Assembly (NCBI GenBank): GCA_965231215.1
Contig: OZ246423.1
Span: forward strand, 736,001-800,000
Direction: 5' to 3'
DNA length: 64,000 bases
From: Candidatus Altimarinota bacterium
Lineage (GTDB): Bacteria; Patescibacteriota; Gracilibacteria; UBA4473
Under the pieces are notes generated by a model. It worked only from the letters and a program-made list of their open reading frames with translations, did no database searches and had not been told where the DNA came from. Below are positions 1 to 10,600 of the stretch, in pieces. A program made the translations under genes and the position numbers. How positions within the stretch are numbered: the stretch's first letter is position 1; each line of letters opens with the position of its first letter.

Positions 1-240
1 GAAAAAACCAATTTAGAAATTGTAGATCTAATACTCAAAAATGTGCCCGCCTCTAAATCAGAGATTACTTTTGTTGAAGATCGAAAAGCCCATGATAGAA
101 GGTACGCGATGGATGCTAGTAAGATAGAACGCGAACTGGGATGGATGCCTAAACACACCTTTGAAGAAGCCCTGCCAAAAACTATTGAATGGTATTTGGC
201 GAATCGTGAGTGGGTAGAAACTTGTCGCCAAAAAGTTTAA
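1..240 (+). CDS. rfbB: dTDP-glucose 4,6-dehydratase, C-terminal part (truncated by window start)
   Basis: Frame open from base 1: ...FVEDRKAHDRRYAMDASKIERELGW.P...FEEAL.KTIEWYL.N.EW, the typical RmlB C-terminus. Confidence 0.88.
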   Translation, partial: EKTNLEIVDLILKNVPASKSEITFVEDRKAHDRRYAMDASKIERELGWMPKHTFEEALPKTIEWYLANREWVETCRQKV

Positions 241-256
241 TTAAAATTTATTGAAA

Positions 257-565
257 ATGACCCAAATTCAAGATCTTCAAAAGTTCGTAAAAGACTTTCA
301 ACGGGCTCGAGGCTGGGAGGTTTTTACACCAGAAAACACCGCTCGAGCCTTGCTCGTCGAAGCGGCGGAATTGCAGGAACTATTTCTCTGGAAAGATGGT
401 GAAGGGTCTTCTGATTTTGTGAAAAAAAATCACGAAGAAGTGGCTGATGAAGTCGCGGATATTTTTGCGTATTTGCTGACTTTTTGTGATGTTACCGAGA
501 TTGACCTCGAGAAAGCATTGCGTCATAAAATGGCAAAAAATGAACTAAGATTTTCCAAAGAATAA
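257..565 (+). CDS. MazG-like nucleotide pyrophosphohydrolase
   Basis: R.WE.F.TP.N...L..EAAEL.ELF.W...EEVADEVADI..YL...KM.KNE.RF pattern; ATG at 257. Confidence 0.85.
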   Translation: MTQIQDLQKFVKDFQRARGWEVFTPENTARALLVEAAELQELFLWKDGEGSSDFVKKNHEEVADEVADIFAYLLTFCDVTEIDLEKALRHKMAKNELRFSKE

Positions 566-1914
566 TGGCCAAAGCAAAAACTCAATACGTCTGTAGCGAA
601 TGTGGTGATAGTTTTCCCCAATGGTTTGGGAAGTGTCCAAGCTGTGGGGCCTTCAATACACTTAAAGCCTTTCGGGAAGCCAAAGTAAATACTTCCACTG
701 GGAAAAAACTCTCAGCAGGGGTAGATCTAATAGATCAAAAACAAGACAAAAAATCTTCAAATCTAAAAAGAATCAAAACCAACATCGATGAAATAAACAG
801 AGTTTTAGGAGGGGGATTTTTTCCAGGAAGTGTCACTCTTTTTGGTGGCCATCCAGGGATTGGAAAATCTACACTGGCACTGCAGACCTTTTTACAGTTA
901 GAGAACGCTTTTTACTTTTCCGGGGAAGAAAGCCAAGACCAAGTGCTAAGCCGCGCTCAACGGATTGATCCTCAAGCCAAAGAGCTGAAAGTTTTTTCTA
1001 CCAATGCTTTGGAAGATATCATTACAACGGTTCAGACTCATAATCCAGCGTTTGTGGTAATTGATTCCATTCAGATGGTGGGGTTACAAGAAACTAATTT
1101 TGGATCAGTTTCACAGATTCGAGAAAATGCTGAGGTTTTGATAAAACTCGCAAAATCTACAGGAACCACAATCCTCTTGATAGGACATGTCACCAAAAAT
1201 GATGAACTGGCTGGACCCAAAATTTTAGAGCATTTAGTGGACGTGGTTTTATATTTAGAAGGCGAGAGAACTTCAGATCTAAGGATTTTACGAACGACTA
1301 AAAACCGGTTTGGTTCCACGCTGGAGGTGGGCGTATTTGAAATGCGATCAGAAGGGCTTTCTGAACTCAAAAATCCATCAGAATTTTTTTTGGCAGAGAG
1401 AGCTCAAGAAGCCTTTGGCTCAGTGATTACCGTTGTAAGAGATGGAGCCAGAAATTTCCTATTAGAGCTGCAGGTTTTAACCGTAAAAACCAACTTTGGA
1501 CAACCCCGGCGAACGGCTCGTGGGGTTGATTTAAACAAATTTCATTTATTACTGGCGGTCATCTCTAAATTGACTCCATTTCCCTGTGAAAATTTTGATG
1601 CCTACCTCAATATTATTGGAGGCTTACGTATACAAGATCCAGCCTCAGATTTGGCCGTTATAGCGGCAGTGTTAAGTTCGCGTGCTGAAAAAGAAATCTC
1701 CGCCAGTACTGTTGTCTTTGGCGAAGTGGGGCTATCGGGAGAAGTACGGCATGTTCCAGGTATTGATTCTCGGATTACCGAATGTGCGAAACTGGGATTC
1801 AAAACGGTTATTTGCCCCAAATTGCCGAAAGGTTTCAAGGCTCCAAATGACGTAAAAATAATAGAGGTGAAACATATCGGAGAATGTTTAAAATACCTTT
1901 TGAAAGATGCATAG
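565..1914 (+). CDS. radA: DNA repair protein RadA/Sms
   Basis: N-terminal C4 zinc finger (CSECG..GKCPSC), Walker A GHPGIGKST, KNRFG motif, Lon-like C-terminal GEVGLSGE. Confidence 0.97.
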   Translation: MAKAKTQYVCSECGDSFPQWFGKCPSCGAFNTLKAFREAKVNTSTGKKLSAGVDLIDQKQDKKSSNLKRIKTNIDEINRVLGGGFFPGSVTLFGGHPGIGKSTLALQTFLQLENAFYFSGEESQDQVLSRAQRIDPQAKELKVFSTNALEDIITTVQTHNPAFVVIDSIQMVGLQETNFGSVSQIRENAEVLIKLAKSTGTTILLIGHVTKNDELAGPKILEHLVDVVLYLEGERTSDLRILRTTKNRFGSTLEVGVFEMRSEGLSELKNPSEFFLAERAQEAFGSVITVVRDGARNFLLELQVLTVKTNFGQPRRTARGVDLNKFHLLLAVISKLTPFPCENFDAYLNIIGGLRIQDPASDLAVIAAVLSSRAEKEISASTVVFGEVGLSGEVRHVPGIDSRITECAKLGFKTVICPKLPKGFKAPNDVKIIEVKHIGECLKYLLKDA

Positions 1915-2659
1915 AAAAATAGAAGATTTTAATACTCATGATGAACTGGTCGCTCATCGAAAAAGCCTTTTTGGTAAATATGAGGCATACGTGCCAGAAT
2001 TTGTCTATGGAGGAATAGACGGAGCCGTCACAACTTTCGCGGTGGTGGCAGCCAGTGCCGGGGCAGAGCTAAGCGCGGGAATTGTTTTGATTTTAGGTAT
2101 TTCCAATATGCTGGCCGATGGATTTTCTATGTCGGTGGGGAGTTTTTTATCCACTAAGTCTGAAGCTGAAAATTATGAAAATATCAAGGCTGAAGAGTAC
2201 AAAGAAACTGAAATTTTTCCTGCAGAGGAAAGAGAAGAAATCCGTAGAATTTACCGATCCAAAGGGTTTGAAGGAAAAATACTGGAAGACATTGTAACCC
2301 ACATTATCTCCAATAAAGATCTTTGGGTTGAAGAGATGATGATTGGTGAACACGGAATGATTAAAGAAGAAAAAGACCCAAAAATAAATGGTTTTATGAC
2401 CTTTCTGGCTTTTTGTGTGTTAGGTTCTGTGCCGATTGCTCCTTATGCGTATAGTTTTGTATCTGGAAACGAAATTCAAAACAAATTTGTTATTGCTTGT
2501 GTGTGCACTGGTATTGCTTTTGGGCTTATTGGATACATGAAAGGGATAGTAAACAATACCAATAAAGGCCGAGCTATACTAGAAACTCTACTCCTTGGAG
2601 GTATTGCGGCAGGAGTGGCTTATTTTGTGGGGGACTGGTTGGAAAAAATTATCCTTTAA
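1907..2659 (+). CDS. VIT1/CCC1 family Fe/Mn transporter
   Basis: VYGGIDGAVTTFAVV, N.LADGFSM.VG.FLS.KSE, EREEIRRIY..KG, several TM helices. Confidence 0.92.
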   Translation: MHRKIEDFNTHDELVAHRKSLFGKYEAYVPEFVYGGIDGAVTTFAVVAASAGAELSAGIVLILGISNMLADGFSMSVGSFLSTKSEAENYENIKAEEYKETEIFPAEEREEIRRIYRSKGFEGKILEDIVTHIISNKDLWVEEMMIGEHGMIKEEKDPKINGFMTFLAFCVLGSVPIAPYAYSFVSGNEIQNKFVIACVCTGIAFGLIGYMKGIVNNTNKGRAILETLLLGGIAAGVAYFVGDWLEKIIL

Positions 2660-2724
2660 AGTCCTAAAAACTTTAAGGCCTTAAACTTCTGGTTTTTGAG
2701 TCTTTTGAGCTTTGCTGTTTTTTA

Positions 2725-3159
2725 CTACAAGTGGTCTTTTCCTTTAAACAAAAATTCTTGGTAGTCAGCTAGGTCGTCCCATTTTTCTGCAGCTGCAAGT
2801 TTAGCTTGTTTAGGCCAAGTGCGAGGCTCATGCATTTGGAATTTTGGTCCAGCAGCCTTGAGTATTTTAGTCAGCTTGGCATTGGTTGAGGCGGCTAAAT
2901 CCGCATAAGATTTAATGCCTTCTTTGTTAAGGAGTTCTTGGATTTTTGGGCCAATACCCTCAATAATAGTGAGATCATCTTTCCGATAGACTTTCGTTTT
3001 AGAGTTTTTATGCGATACGATGACTTCGGTTTCTTCTTCCTGCATTTCAGCAAAAACCCAACGGAATAGATATCCCAAAATAAAAGCCCCCAGAAGCATA
3101 ATCATAATTTCTAGCGAAGCGTTAATTCCGTCATAATTTTGTGTGATGTTGTGAAACAT
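2725..3159 (-). CDS. Membrane-anchored helix-hairpin-helix protein (DUF4332-like)
   Basis: N-terminal TM helix, DDLTIIEGIGPKI..LL...GI..Y.DLA, H.P.TWP.QA.LAA..KWD.L..YQ..L..GK. Confidence 0.75.
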   Translation of the reverse strand: MFHNITQNYDGINASLEIMIMLLGAFILGYLFRWVFAEMQEEETEVIVSHKNSKTKVYRKDDLTIIEGIGPKIQELLNKEGIKSYADLAASTNAKLTKILKAAGPKFQMHEPRTWPKQAKLAAAEKWDDLADYQEFLFKGKDHL

Positions 3160-3183
3160 AATTTAAAGGTATTAAAGATTATT

Positions 3184-3693
3184 TTAAGAGCCGCAGACTA
3201 TTTCATTAATTTTGTTACGGGTGGTTTCGTATATAAAACCAGTGGCATGTCCAAGTCCCCAAGGAGCTAGAATTTCATCATAGTGTTCCATTTGGAACCG
3301 TCGTATTATGGCTTTGTCATTGTCTCCGTAGTATCCATCGACAATAACATTTCCGTCAAGATAAGTATTGATAAATTCTTCAAGACGAAGGCTTTGTTTA
3401 TAGTTATTTACTTGGTGTCGCCGAATAGTAGCGTATAGATAAACTCCATCTTCACAGTGTTCACTTAAATCTGGCATGATAACCTCATTAAAAGGCTCAG
3501 GTTCCGGTTCGGTTGGGGGTGGTTTTTCAATGGTTTTCTTTTTTGGAGGGTTGGCTTTTATCGGCTTGGGGGCTTCTATTTGAGTTTTTTTGATTCCACA
3601 AAAGCCTTTGATATCACAGGTATACCAATGCCAGCTAACCATTCCCCAGATCAAGGCTCCTACAATGAGCAAAATTTTGGCGCCACTATTCAT
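3184..3693 (-). CDS. Membrane-anchored protein with Pro-rich linker and peptidoglycan-binding-like C-terminal domain
   Basis: TM helix + WYTCDIKGFC, PPPTEPEPEP linker, VDG.YG.....AI.RFQ....EIL.PWGL..ATG..Y.TTR.KIN. Confidence 0.65.
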   Translation of the reverse strand: MNSGAKILLIVGALIWGMVSWHWYTCDIKGFCGIKKTQIEAPKPIKANPPKKKTIEKPPPTEPEPEPFNEVIMPDLSEHCEDGVYLYATIRRHQVNNYKQSLRLEEFINTYLDGNVIVDGYYGDNDKAIIRRFQMEHYDEILAPWGLGHATGFIYETTRNKINEIVCGS

Positions 3694-3752
3694 ACAAAAA
3701 AAATATTATCTTTTATAATACTTTATACTATACAAAAAATTTTGGGCAAATT

Positions 3753-4046
3753 TTATTTTCCTAAACTATCTCTTAGTGCTTTTGTAAAGCGCTTGAATTC
3801 TTCTTTTTTTGATGTTGGAATTTCACGCCAATCACAATCTCTAATCGCGCCTTCAATGGCATAAAGGTAGCAGGCATTGAGACAATGAACCTGAGGGCTC
3901 GATTCCCAAAGGCGTAAAAAGGCTTCTTTAGTGCCATATTTTTTTAGTTTTTCGGGGGTATCAATGCTGGCTTTCACCATTTGAGTAGCACAGACCGGTC
4001 CGATATTCCGGAGTGTTTTCATGCGTTGGATGGCTTTTTGATTCAT
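3753..4046 (-). CDS. TfoX/Sxy C-terminal domain protein
   Basis: L.NIGP......L...I.TPE.L...G..EAF.RL...LYAIEGAI....W..IP...K.E. Confidence 0.82.
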   Translation of the reverse strand: MNQKAIQRMKTLRNIGPVCATQMVKASIDTPEKLKKYGTKEAFLRLWESSPQVHCLNACYLYAIEGAIRDCDWREIPTSKKEEFKRFTKALRDSLGK

Positions 4047-4810
4047 TTTTTAACATAATAATCAGCAGAGACCGTTCCGCAAAATCTATCCCAAAACATA
4101 AAAAAATACCCAAAATTACCGTTATTTTTAGTATGATGGATGTGATGAGCCGAAGCCGTTAAAATAAAACCTCGAATATATTTTTCGGGTAGTATTTCGT
4201 ATTCTAAGTGGCCATAAATATTCCAGAAAATAGTAAAAATAAAAAAGAAAAATAAGGCTTCAAAATGCACCCCCCCAACTAAAAAACTAGCCCCTAAAAA
4301 GTAAAATATAGCAAAAGAAGCATTTATAACAGTATCCAGAAAGTCAAAATTATAACTACTCCATAAGTTTGGATTAATACTGGCATGGTGAATATGATGA
4401 ATTTTCCCAAAGAGGTTTTTGTGGTGTGTCATACGGTGTACCCAATAAAAGTAAGTATCATACAAAACAAGAATGATTAAAAATTGGATCATTAATACAG
4501 GCCATGAAGGAGGATTCCAAAGTTCAATCCAGTCAAAGGAGTACATCGCCCAGATAGCTGGCATAAAGACGAGGGGGATAGTTAAAACGGTTATCCAAAA
4601 GTGGTTCAGTTCAATGTTCTTTTGTTGTTTCGATGGAGCCTTTCCAATTTTTTGAGATTTGAAGTAAGGTTGAAGAACGCATTGAGTCAAAACCCAAAAA
4701 AAAATGACAAAACTCAAGACAATCAAAAAATGTTGAATATCAATTATAAACACGGTTTTCCAGAATCCAGAGTTGAGCAGTTCTCTAAATTCAAAAGCAT
4801 TAGTAGGCAT
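4043..4810 (-). CDS. Sterol desaturase / fatty-acid hydroxylase family membrane enzyme
   Basis: His boxes DTYFYWVHRMTH, IHHIHH, GHLEY, HHIHH..NGNFG.FF.FWDR.CGT; probable ATG at 4810, 4 nt after the valS stop. Confidence 0.88.
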   Translation of the reverse strand: MPTNAFEFRELLNSGFWKTVFIIDIQHFLIVLSFVIFFWVLTQCVLQPYFKSQKIGKAPSKQQKNIELNHFWITVLTIPLVFMPAIWAMYSFDWIELWNPPSWPVLMIQFLIILVLYDTYFYWVHRMTHHKNLFGKIHHIHHASINPNLWSSYNFDFLDTVINASFAIFYFLGASFLVGGVHFEALFFFFIFTIFWNIYGHLEYEILPEKYIRGFILTASAHHIHHTKNNGNFGYFFMFWDRFCGTVSADYYVKK

Positions 4811-4814
4811 TTTT

Positions 4815-7466
4815 TTAGCTGAGTTTAGCAAGTTTAGCTTTGGTTTCTTCTAGTTCATCCCTGGTTTGTTGAACCAGGTGTGGAGGGGCTTTTTCCGTGT
4901 AATCAGTATTAGAAAGTCTCCCCTCTAGCGCGGTAATAGATTTTTTGAGAGCTTCAATGGCTTTGATTTGCCGATTTTTATCCACTGGAATTTCTACATT
5001 TAACGCTAGATTCCCTTCAATAATTTGAGCCGCATTTTTACTGGTTTGGCCAAAATTTAGCCCCGCTAAAACTTCAATTAATTTTTGAGTTTCGGTATCT
5101 TCGATATTGCCTGAGACCATAAGTTTTTCTTTTGGATTGAGTTTGTTATCGGCGCGAAGTGACCGAATTTGAGTAATCACATTCTGGAGCATTTCAAAGG
5201 ACTTTTCAGCTGTTTCATCTTTGAAATTGAGTTCAGGGTACTCGCTTTGGATAAGCATTTTGTAGCCGAGTTCCTGCCATAGTTTTTCCGTAACAAATGG
5301 GCAGAGAGGATGGGTGAGTTTTAGAATTTCTTTTAGCACAAAGTTCAAAATTGTCGGATTAGATTGCACCTTGTTCGCCTCTAGATACCAATCACAAAAT
5401 TCTCCCCAGACAAAGTGATAGATTTTGTCTCCAGCCGCAGAAATGTCATATTTTTCTAAGTGGTCAGAAACTTCATTCGATACGTGTGAGAGCCTCGAAA
5501 GAATCCACCTATCGGCAAGAGATTCAGGCATAACAGTGTCCGAAATTTCCTTGCCTTCTGTCTGCATTTGTACGAATCGTGTAGCGTTCCAGAGCTTATT
5601 CACGAAGTTTCGATATCCTTTGATTTTGTTCCTCCCAATAGGAATTTTTTGTCCTGGAGTCGATCCGATAACCAAAGCCAAACGTACAGGATCAGCTCCG
5701 TATTCTGAAATCATCTCAAGTGGATCAATCCCATTGCCTTTAGATTTAGACATTTTTTTGCCGTGCTCATCGGTGACCATTCCATGAAGATACACGGTGT
5801 GGAATGGGTATTTTCCAGTAGCGTAACGTCCGAACATAATCATTCGAAGTACCCAAAAGGTTAAAATATCCCAACCGGTTTCGAGTACGTCAGTTGGGTA
5901 AAATTTTTGGAAATCAGGAGTATTTTCATTCGGCCAGCCCAAAGTTGAAAACGGCCATAAAGCCGAACTAAACCAGGTATCTAAAGTATCTTCATCCTGG
6001 CGCAGATTGAGTGTTTCTTGTTCTGGTGTTAGAAATCCTGTGGCGACGATATTGTCGTTTTCATCATACCAAACTGGGATTCGGTGTCCCCACCAGATTT
6101 GACGTGAAATACACCAGTCTTGGAGATTGTCTGTCCATTGAAAATAACCTTTTTCAAAACGTTTGGGAATAATATTTACATCCTCATTTTTAACCGCATC
6201 AGCGGTTAGCTTGCAAAGTGTTGTTGTTTCTCCGGTGTGTTTATCGGTAAATTCTTTATTAACCATTACAAACCACTGTGGAGAAATCATGGGTTCTACC
6301 ACGCATCCAGATCTATAACAGAGTGGTGTTCTGTGGGTGTAGTCTTTCTCAACTCCCACCAGCAACCCCATGTCTTCCATGCATTTTCCAGATTTTTTCC
6401 GGGCTTCTTCTACACTTAGGCCTTCGCAAGGTCCGGCAACGGAGGTCATTTTCCCTTTAAAATCAATCTTTTGGATAAAGGTTTCATCCAGACCTTTTCG
6501 TTTGGCCAGATCATAATCGTCGGCAGAATGTGAAGATGAAATGGTCATAGCGCCGGCGCCTTTTTCTGGATCAATTACCTCGTCGGCTATTACATAAAAA
6601 GATCTTTTGGCCGCGTAAGTACCGTACTCAAATTTAGTCCCCTCTAGGTCTTTACCAGTAAAAGTGTCTACCACTTCATACTCCGCCTCCGGATCAAGGA
6701 AGTTGAGGGTCTTAAAAAACTTTTCTTTATCGTTCCAGAGGTTTTCAATCACCATCAAGGTTTCATCCCCAAATTTGATTCGATGATATTTTGATTCTGG
6801 ATGAACCACTAGGGGACTATCGGCACACTTGGTTTCAGGACGCACGGTTCCGATCACAAATTCACCACATCGGATGTAGTAGAAAGGCTCTTTCACTTCT
6901 TCCCACTCAAGCTCATCATCTGATAACACTGATTGGGCCCCTACAGACCAGTTGATGAGTCGGTGTCCTCGCTCAATAAGCCCATCATCATACAACTTTT
7001 TAAAGATGTAATTTACCGCATAATTTCGTTTTTCATCAAAGGTATAGGCCTCCCGCGACCAGTCCAGCCACGATCCCATTTTTTTCATTTGATTGATGAT
7101 GTTGTCGTGTTTTTCATTTGCAAAAATTCGACAGTCATCCAGAAACGCTTCACGGTTTGGCCACTCTTCCCTAGATTTTTTTCCGTGATGTTTAATCACC
7201 ACATTTTCGGTGGCGATAGCGGCATGATCTGTTCCAGGAAGCCAAAGGACTTCATGCCCTTTCATGGCTTTGTATCGAGTCAAAATATCTTCAATAGCCA
7301 GCATTGCGGCGTGACCTAAATGGAGATTTCCTGTTACATTTGGAGGAGGCAATGGGATAGCAAACGGAGGTTTCTCTGAATTGGGGTTAGCCGTCATCGC
7401 TCCACTTTGTGCCCAGGTGGCGTAGATTTTATCTTCAGAGGATATATGATCGTAGGCTTTGTCCAT
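4815..7466 (-). CDS. valS: Valine--tRNA ligase
   Basis: PPPNVTGNLHLGHA (HIGH), PGTDHAAIAT, DWCISRQIWWGHRIP, DTWFSS, KMSKSKGN, C-terminal coiled coil. Confidence 0.98.
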   Translation of the reverse strand: MDKAYDHISSEDKIYATWAQSGAMTANPNSEKPPFAIPLPPPNVTGNLHLGHAAMLAIEDILTRYKAMKGHEVLWLPGTDHAAIATENVVIKHHGKKSREEWPNREAFLDDCRIFANEKHDNIINQMKKMGSWLDWSREAYTFDEKRNYAVNYIFKKLYDDGLIERGHRLINWSVGAQSVLSDDELEWEEVKEPFYYIRCGEFVIGTVRPETKCADSPLVVHPESKYHRIKFGDETLMVIENLWNDKEKFFKTLNFLDPEAEYEVVDTFTGKDLEGTKFEYGTYAAKRSFYVIADEVIDPEKGAGAMTISSSHSADDYDLAKRKGLDETFIQKIDFKGKMTSVAGPCEGLSVEEARKKSGKCMEDMGLLVGVEKDYTHRTPLCYRSGCVVEPMISPQWFVMVNKEFTDKHTGETTTLCKLTADAVKNEDVNIIPKRFEKGYFQWTDNLQDWCISRQIWWGHRIPVWYDENDNIVATGFLTPEQETLNLRQDEDTLDTWFSSALWPFSTLGWPNENTPDFQKFYPTDVLETGWDILTFWVLRMIMFGRYATGKYPFHTVYLHGMVTDEHGKKMSKSKGNGIDPLEMISEYGADPVRLALVIGSTPGQKIPIGRNKIKGYRNFVNKLWNATRFVQMQTEGKEISDTVMPESLADRWILSRLSHVSNEVSDHLEKYDISAAGDKIYHFVWGEFCDWYLEANKVQSNPTILNFVLKEILKLTHPLCPFVTEKLWQELGYKMLIQSEYPELNFKDETAEKSFEMLQNVITQIRSLRADNKLNPKEKLMVSGNIEDTETQKLIEVLAGLNFGQTSKNAAQIIEGNLALNVEIPVDKNRQIKAIEALKKSITALEGRLSNTDYTEKAPPHLVQQTRDELEETKAKLAKLS

Positions 7467-7693
7467 GGATTATTTTTAATAGGTATATTATAAAAAACTC
7501 GCTAAAATACAGCGAGCTAAATGGGGGGAAAACTCGCTTTGATTTAAACGTTTACGACTACCACAAAAGGCTGTCTCATTTCACGGGGAAATGTACGCTT
7601 GGAGCTTAGTTTTGTCAAATTTTCAACAAGATTAAATTTGAGTAAAGAGAACTTGCAAAAAAACAAAAATATTCTAAATTAATCGCAAAAATT

Positions 7694-10600
7694 ATGGAAC
7701 CCTTGCGAGAACATACAGATTTTCGATCTATAAATCTATACCAAGTTATGGGTCAGATTTTGACCCCAGAGATGAGGGGATGGGTTGATGAAAACATTGA
7801 AAGGGCCAACCAAACCTTAGAAAAGCTGGTAGCAATCAGCCAAAGCCCAGACACAAAAGAGCATCTAGAATTTGCAGACTTTCAGAAGGTAATGGAAGCG
7901 GATGGGAGACTAGATCCACTCTTCCCTATGTTCTGCCAAGATCCGACACTCATGGCTAGAAATGAGATTGACCCAGAGACAACATTGAAGGTGGTGACTG
8001 ATATGATTGTGGTATACAGGCGTGCTTATCAAGAAGGGCGTAATGAATTAATTATTCCTCCTTCATTTCCGGCCGGATTCCTGTTCAAGGAAAAAAAGAA
8101 GCGATACACAATAAAGGTTTCAGAATTGTTAGATTTACTTTTTGGGAATCCTCTAGGGTGTTTTTATGGTGAAGTTGATCTTTCATTGGCCGATATTGAA
8201 GAGAATGCCACTAAAAAAGTATGGGCCTCAAGAGCCAGTAAACAGAGACCAAAAACTCCCAAAAAACTAACACAAGAGTCTATTGTAATGGATATTAAGG
8301 ATGAAGAATCTACACAAAAGTTTTTAAAGAAACTCATGGAACCAGTTCAGCATCAAGCTATTCGTCGGTTTGGACAGATGAGTGATCAAGAATTTAGAAA
8401 AAACCCTCACTATATTTTTGCTTTGTTAGCGTTCCCTGAATTCTTTCGATCTAAAAAATTTCGAGAAAGCGATATAAAAGAAGCTTTATTGGATACTTTT
8501 AGTTTTCTTATCTGTTTTAATAAATTGGGTTTAGTCGATCTTAGCGAAATTTTTATAGTACCAGAACTAGAATCTTTATGGAGATTTTTCTTTACAAGGC
8601 ATAAAGAGATTTTAGCTGATGAATCCTCAGATCTTCGTTATTTGGTCTTTGAAACCATCTTTGGAGGAAAAGAAACCCTTCCTAATAGCCTAATGAATAT
8701 TTTGACTAAAGCGAATCAGGTAAAGCGATGCTCTCAGAAGGTTCCTAGAAAAGTAAAACGTGCAATAAGAAGGAGCCCTGAAAGGCAACCTGCCTCAACT
8801 GGACAGCCTACAGATGCATGCAAAAAAAGGGAAGCTAAAGTAGCAGAGAATTCAAGGCTATCAGCACCACTTCTTGATGATAAAGAGGACTTAGAGAAAA
8901 AATTTTCTCGTGGTGAATTTGAATTTTCCATTTCCCAAAAACCTGATGAGGCTCAAATTCTGTGGGTTCATACAGGAAGGGGGCCGGAGGAATCTTGGCA
9001 GAAAATTGAGCTCAGACCAGAAGTTCAAAATTATAGTTTTCGTGGGCCAAGTTATAAAAGAAACAAGGAATACACAGTAAAGTTTGCTTATGGTTCAGAT
9101 CAATTTCCAAAAAACCGATCTCAAGAAGTTGCCGAGATTAATTTTACCTATGAACCAACTGAAAAAGTGGCTTCATCACCTACAACCTCAACGCCATCAC
9201 AAGCAGATAATCCACCCCCTTCCGCAGACATTAAATCCGATGATAATGCATCATTGGCTATTAAAGGCCCTCAAAAGCCTCCAGAGGAAACCCTCACAAC
9301 TTGTGCGGAAGGAGAGGCACTAGCGATACTTTTGTATGAAATTCAAAACTTTAATTTGGAAATTGTCCAAGAGTTTGTAACAACCTGTTTTCAAAAAGTC
9401 TACATAAAAGATAGTAGAGCTCTTTTTGAACTAAAAGGGCTAGAAAAATTCTTTAAAAGCAGCTTTCAGCATAAAGACCTAGCGGAAGCTTTAGAAGTAA
9501 GAAATAAATGGGGAGGTAAAACTCTATGTGTGGATTTTGAAGCGAAGACAGTGTGTTTGAGACTCGGAATTGATAAGAATAGAATAATGCTTTCCAGAGA
9601 ACTTTTTTTTGCCTTTTCAGAAATATTAAGAGGGGATCTTTCATTGTTACAACCGTTAGCAAAAAAACAAGAGATCATCGATAAAGAACTTGATGAAATC
9701 CATCGATTCGAACATGAGCGGTCAAAGCTTTTCCGAAAACTAGAAGAAGCTATAATAAATTTTAGGCGCTTTAGTCCAACTCAATGGCAAGGTCATGCTG
9801 CTTCTTATCAGGGGCCTGATACTCGGTTTATTTTAGAGAAAAAAGCCAAAAATTTTCCTTATAACTATCCTCAAATAAAATCCCTTAGAACCGAACTTAA
9901 TTCAGCAGGTATATTGTTTCGATTGGATTCTAATGGTAGTGTGCTGTTTGAACTAAAAATCCCAGATAAAAACGGATCAGCATGTCGTTTTAGGGTTAGT
10001 TTTAGAGAAGATTTTTCTTTTAGTTTAGAAAATGGAACTCGGCCTCTTTCTCCAACCTGGATGGAGGAGGTAAAGAAAATTGGGCGTGGAATCATGGCTT
10101 GTTTGTGTAATCTTATTATAGAGGCTGGAGACCTCCCAGCACACAGACAAGCGGATCGTGAATTAAAAGGTTTAAAGGCAGGTGCACAGAAATATAAAGA
10201 TAACCTTCATTTCCATCAAAAAAGACGGAAAAAAGCTGAAGCAAAAGACAGCGTATCCACGCCTGGGAAACCAAGTTCAAGCAGAGATTTGGTTAGTATT
10301 ATGATCAATAAATATAGGAGAGGTGGTGATTTCAGGGTCCCCGTTTATGATCGCCATACAGGGCAAATGGTTGGTTATAAAATTAGAAAGTTTGAAGCTA
10401 TAGAACCTGATGAGTCAGTGTTATTTCGAGATTTTGCACTTTGCTTTCCAGGGGAGGAGCAGGAAAGAGGCTTAGCGGAAGATGAAATTGAAGTTAAAAA
10501 CTTAAAAAATCCGCACGAAAAAAGGGTTGTTCAGGCACAGATTAAAAGAAAATATGAAGAGATTAGGGAGCGTCTTACGGAGAGAAATAAAAAGTACTTA

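Noticed and set aside
2660-2724. Degenerate ~9-bp repeats (GTCCTAAAA/CTTTAAGG/CCTTAAA)
   Set aside because: Too short and degenerate to separate from low-complexity terminator-region sequence
7467-7693. T-box riboswitch for valS (also considered for tyrS)
   Set aside because: No T-box consensus; a TATAAT lies ~20 nt from the valS ATG, and tyrS has only a 23-nt spacer
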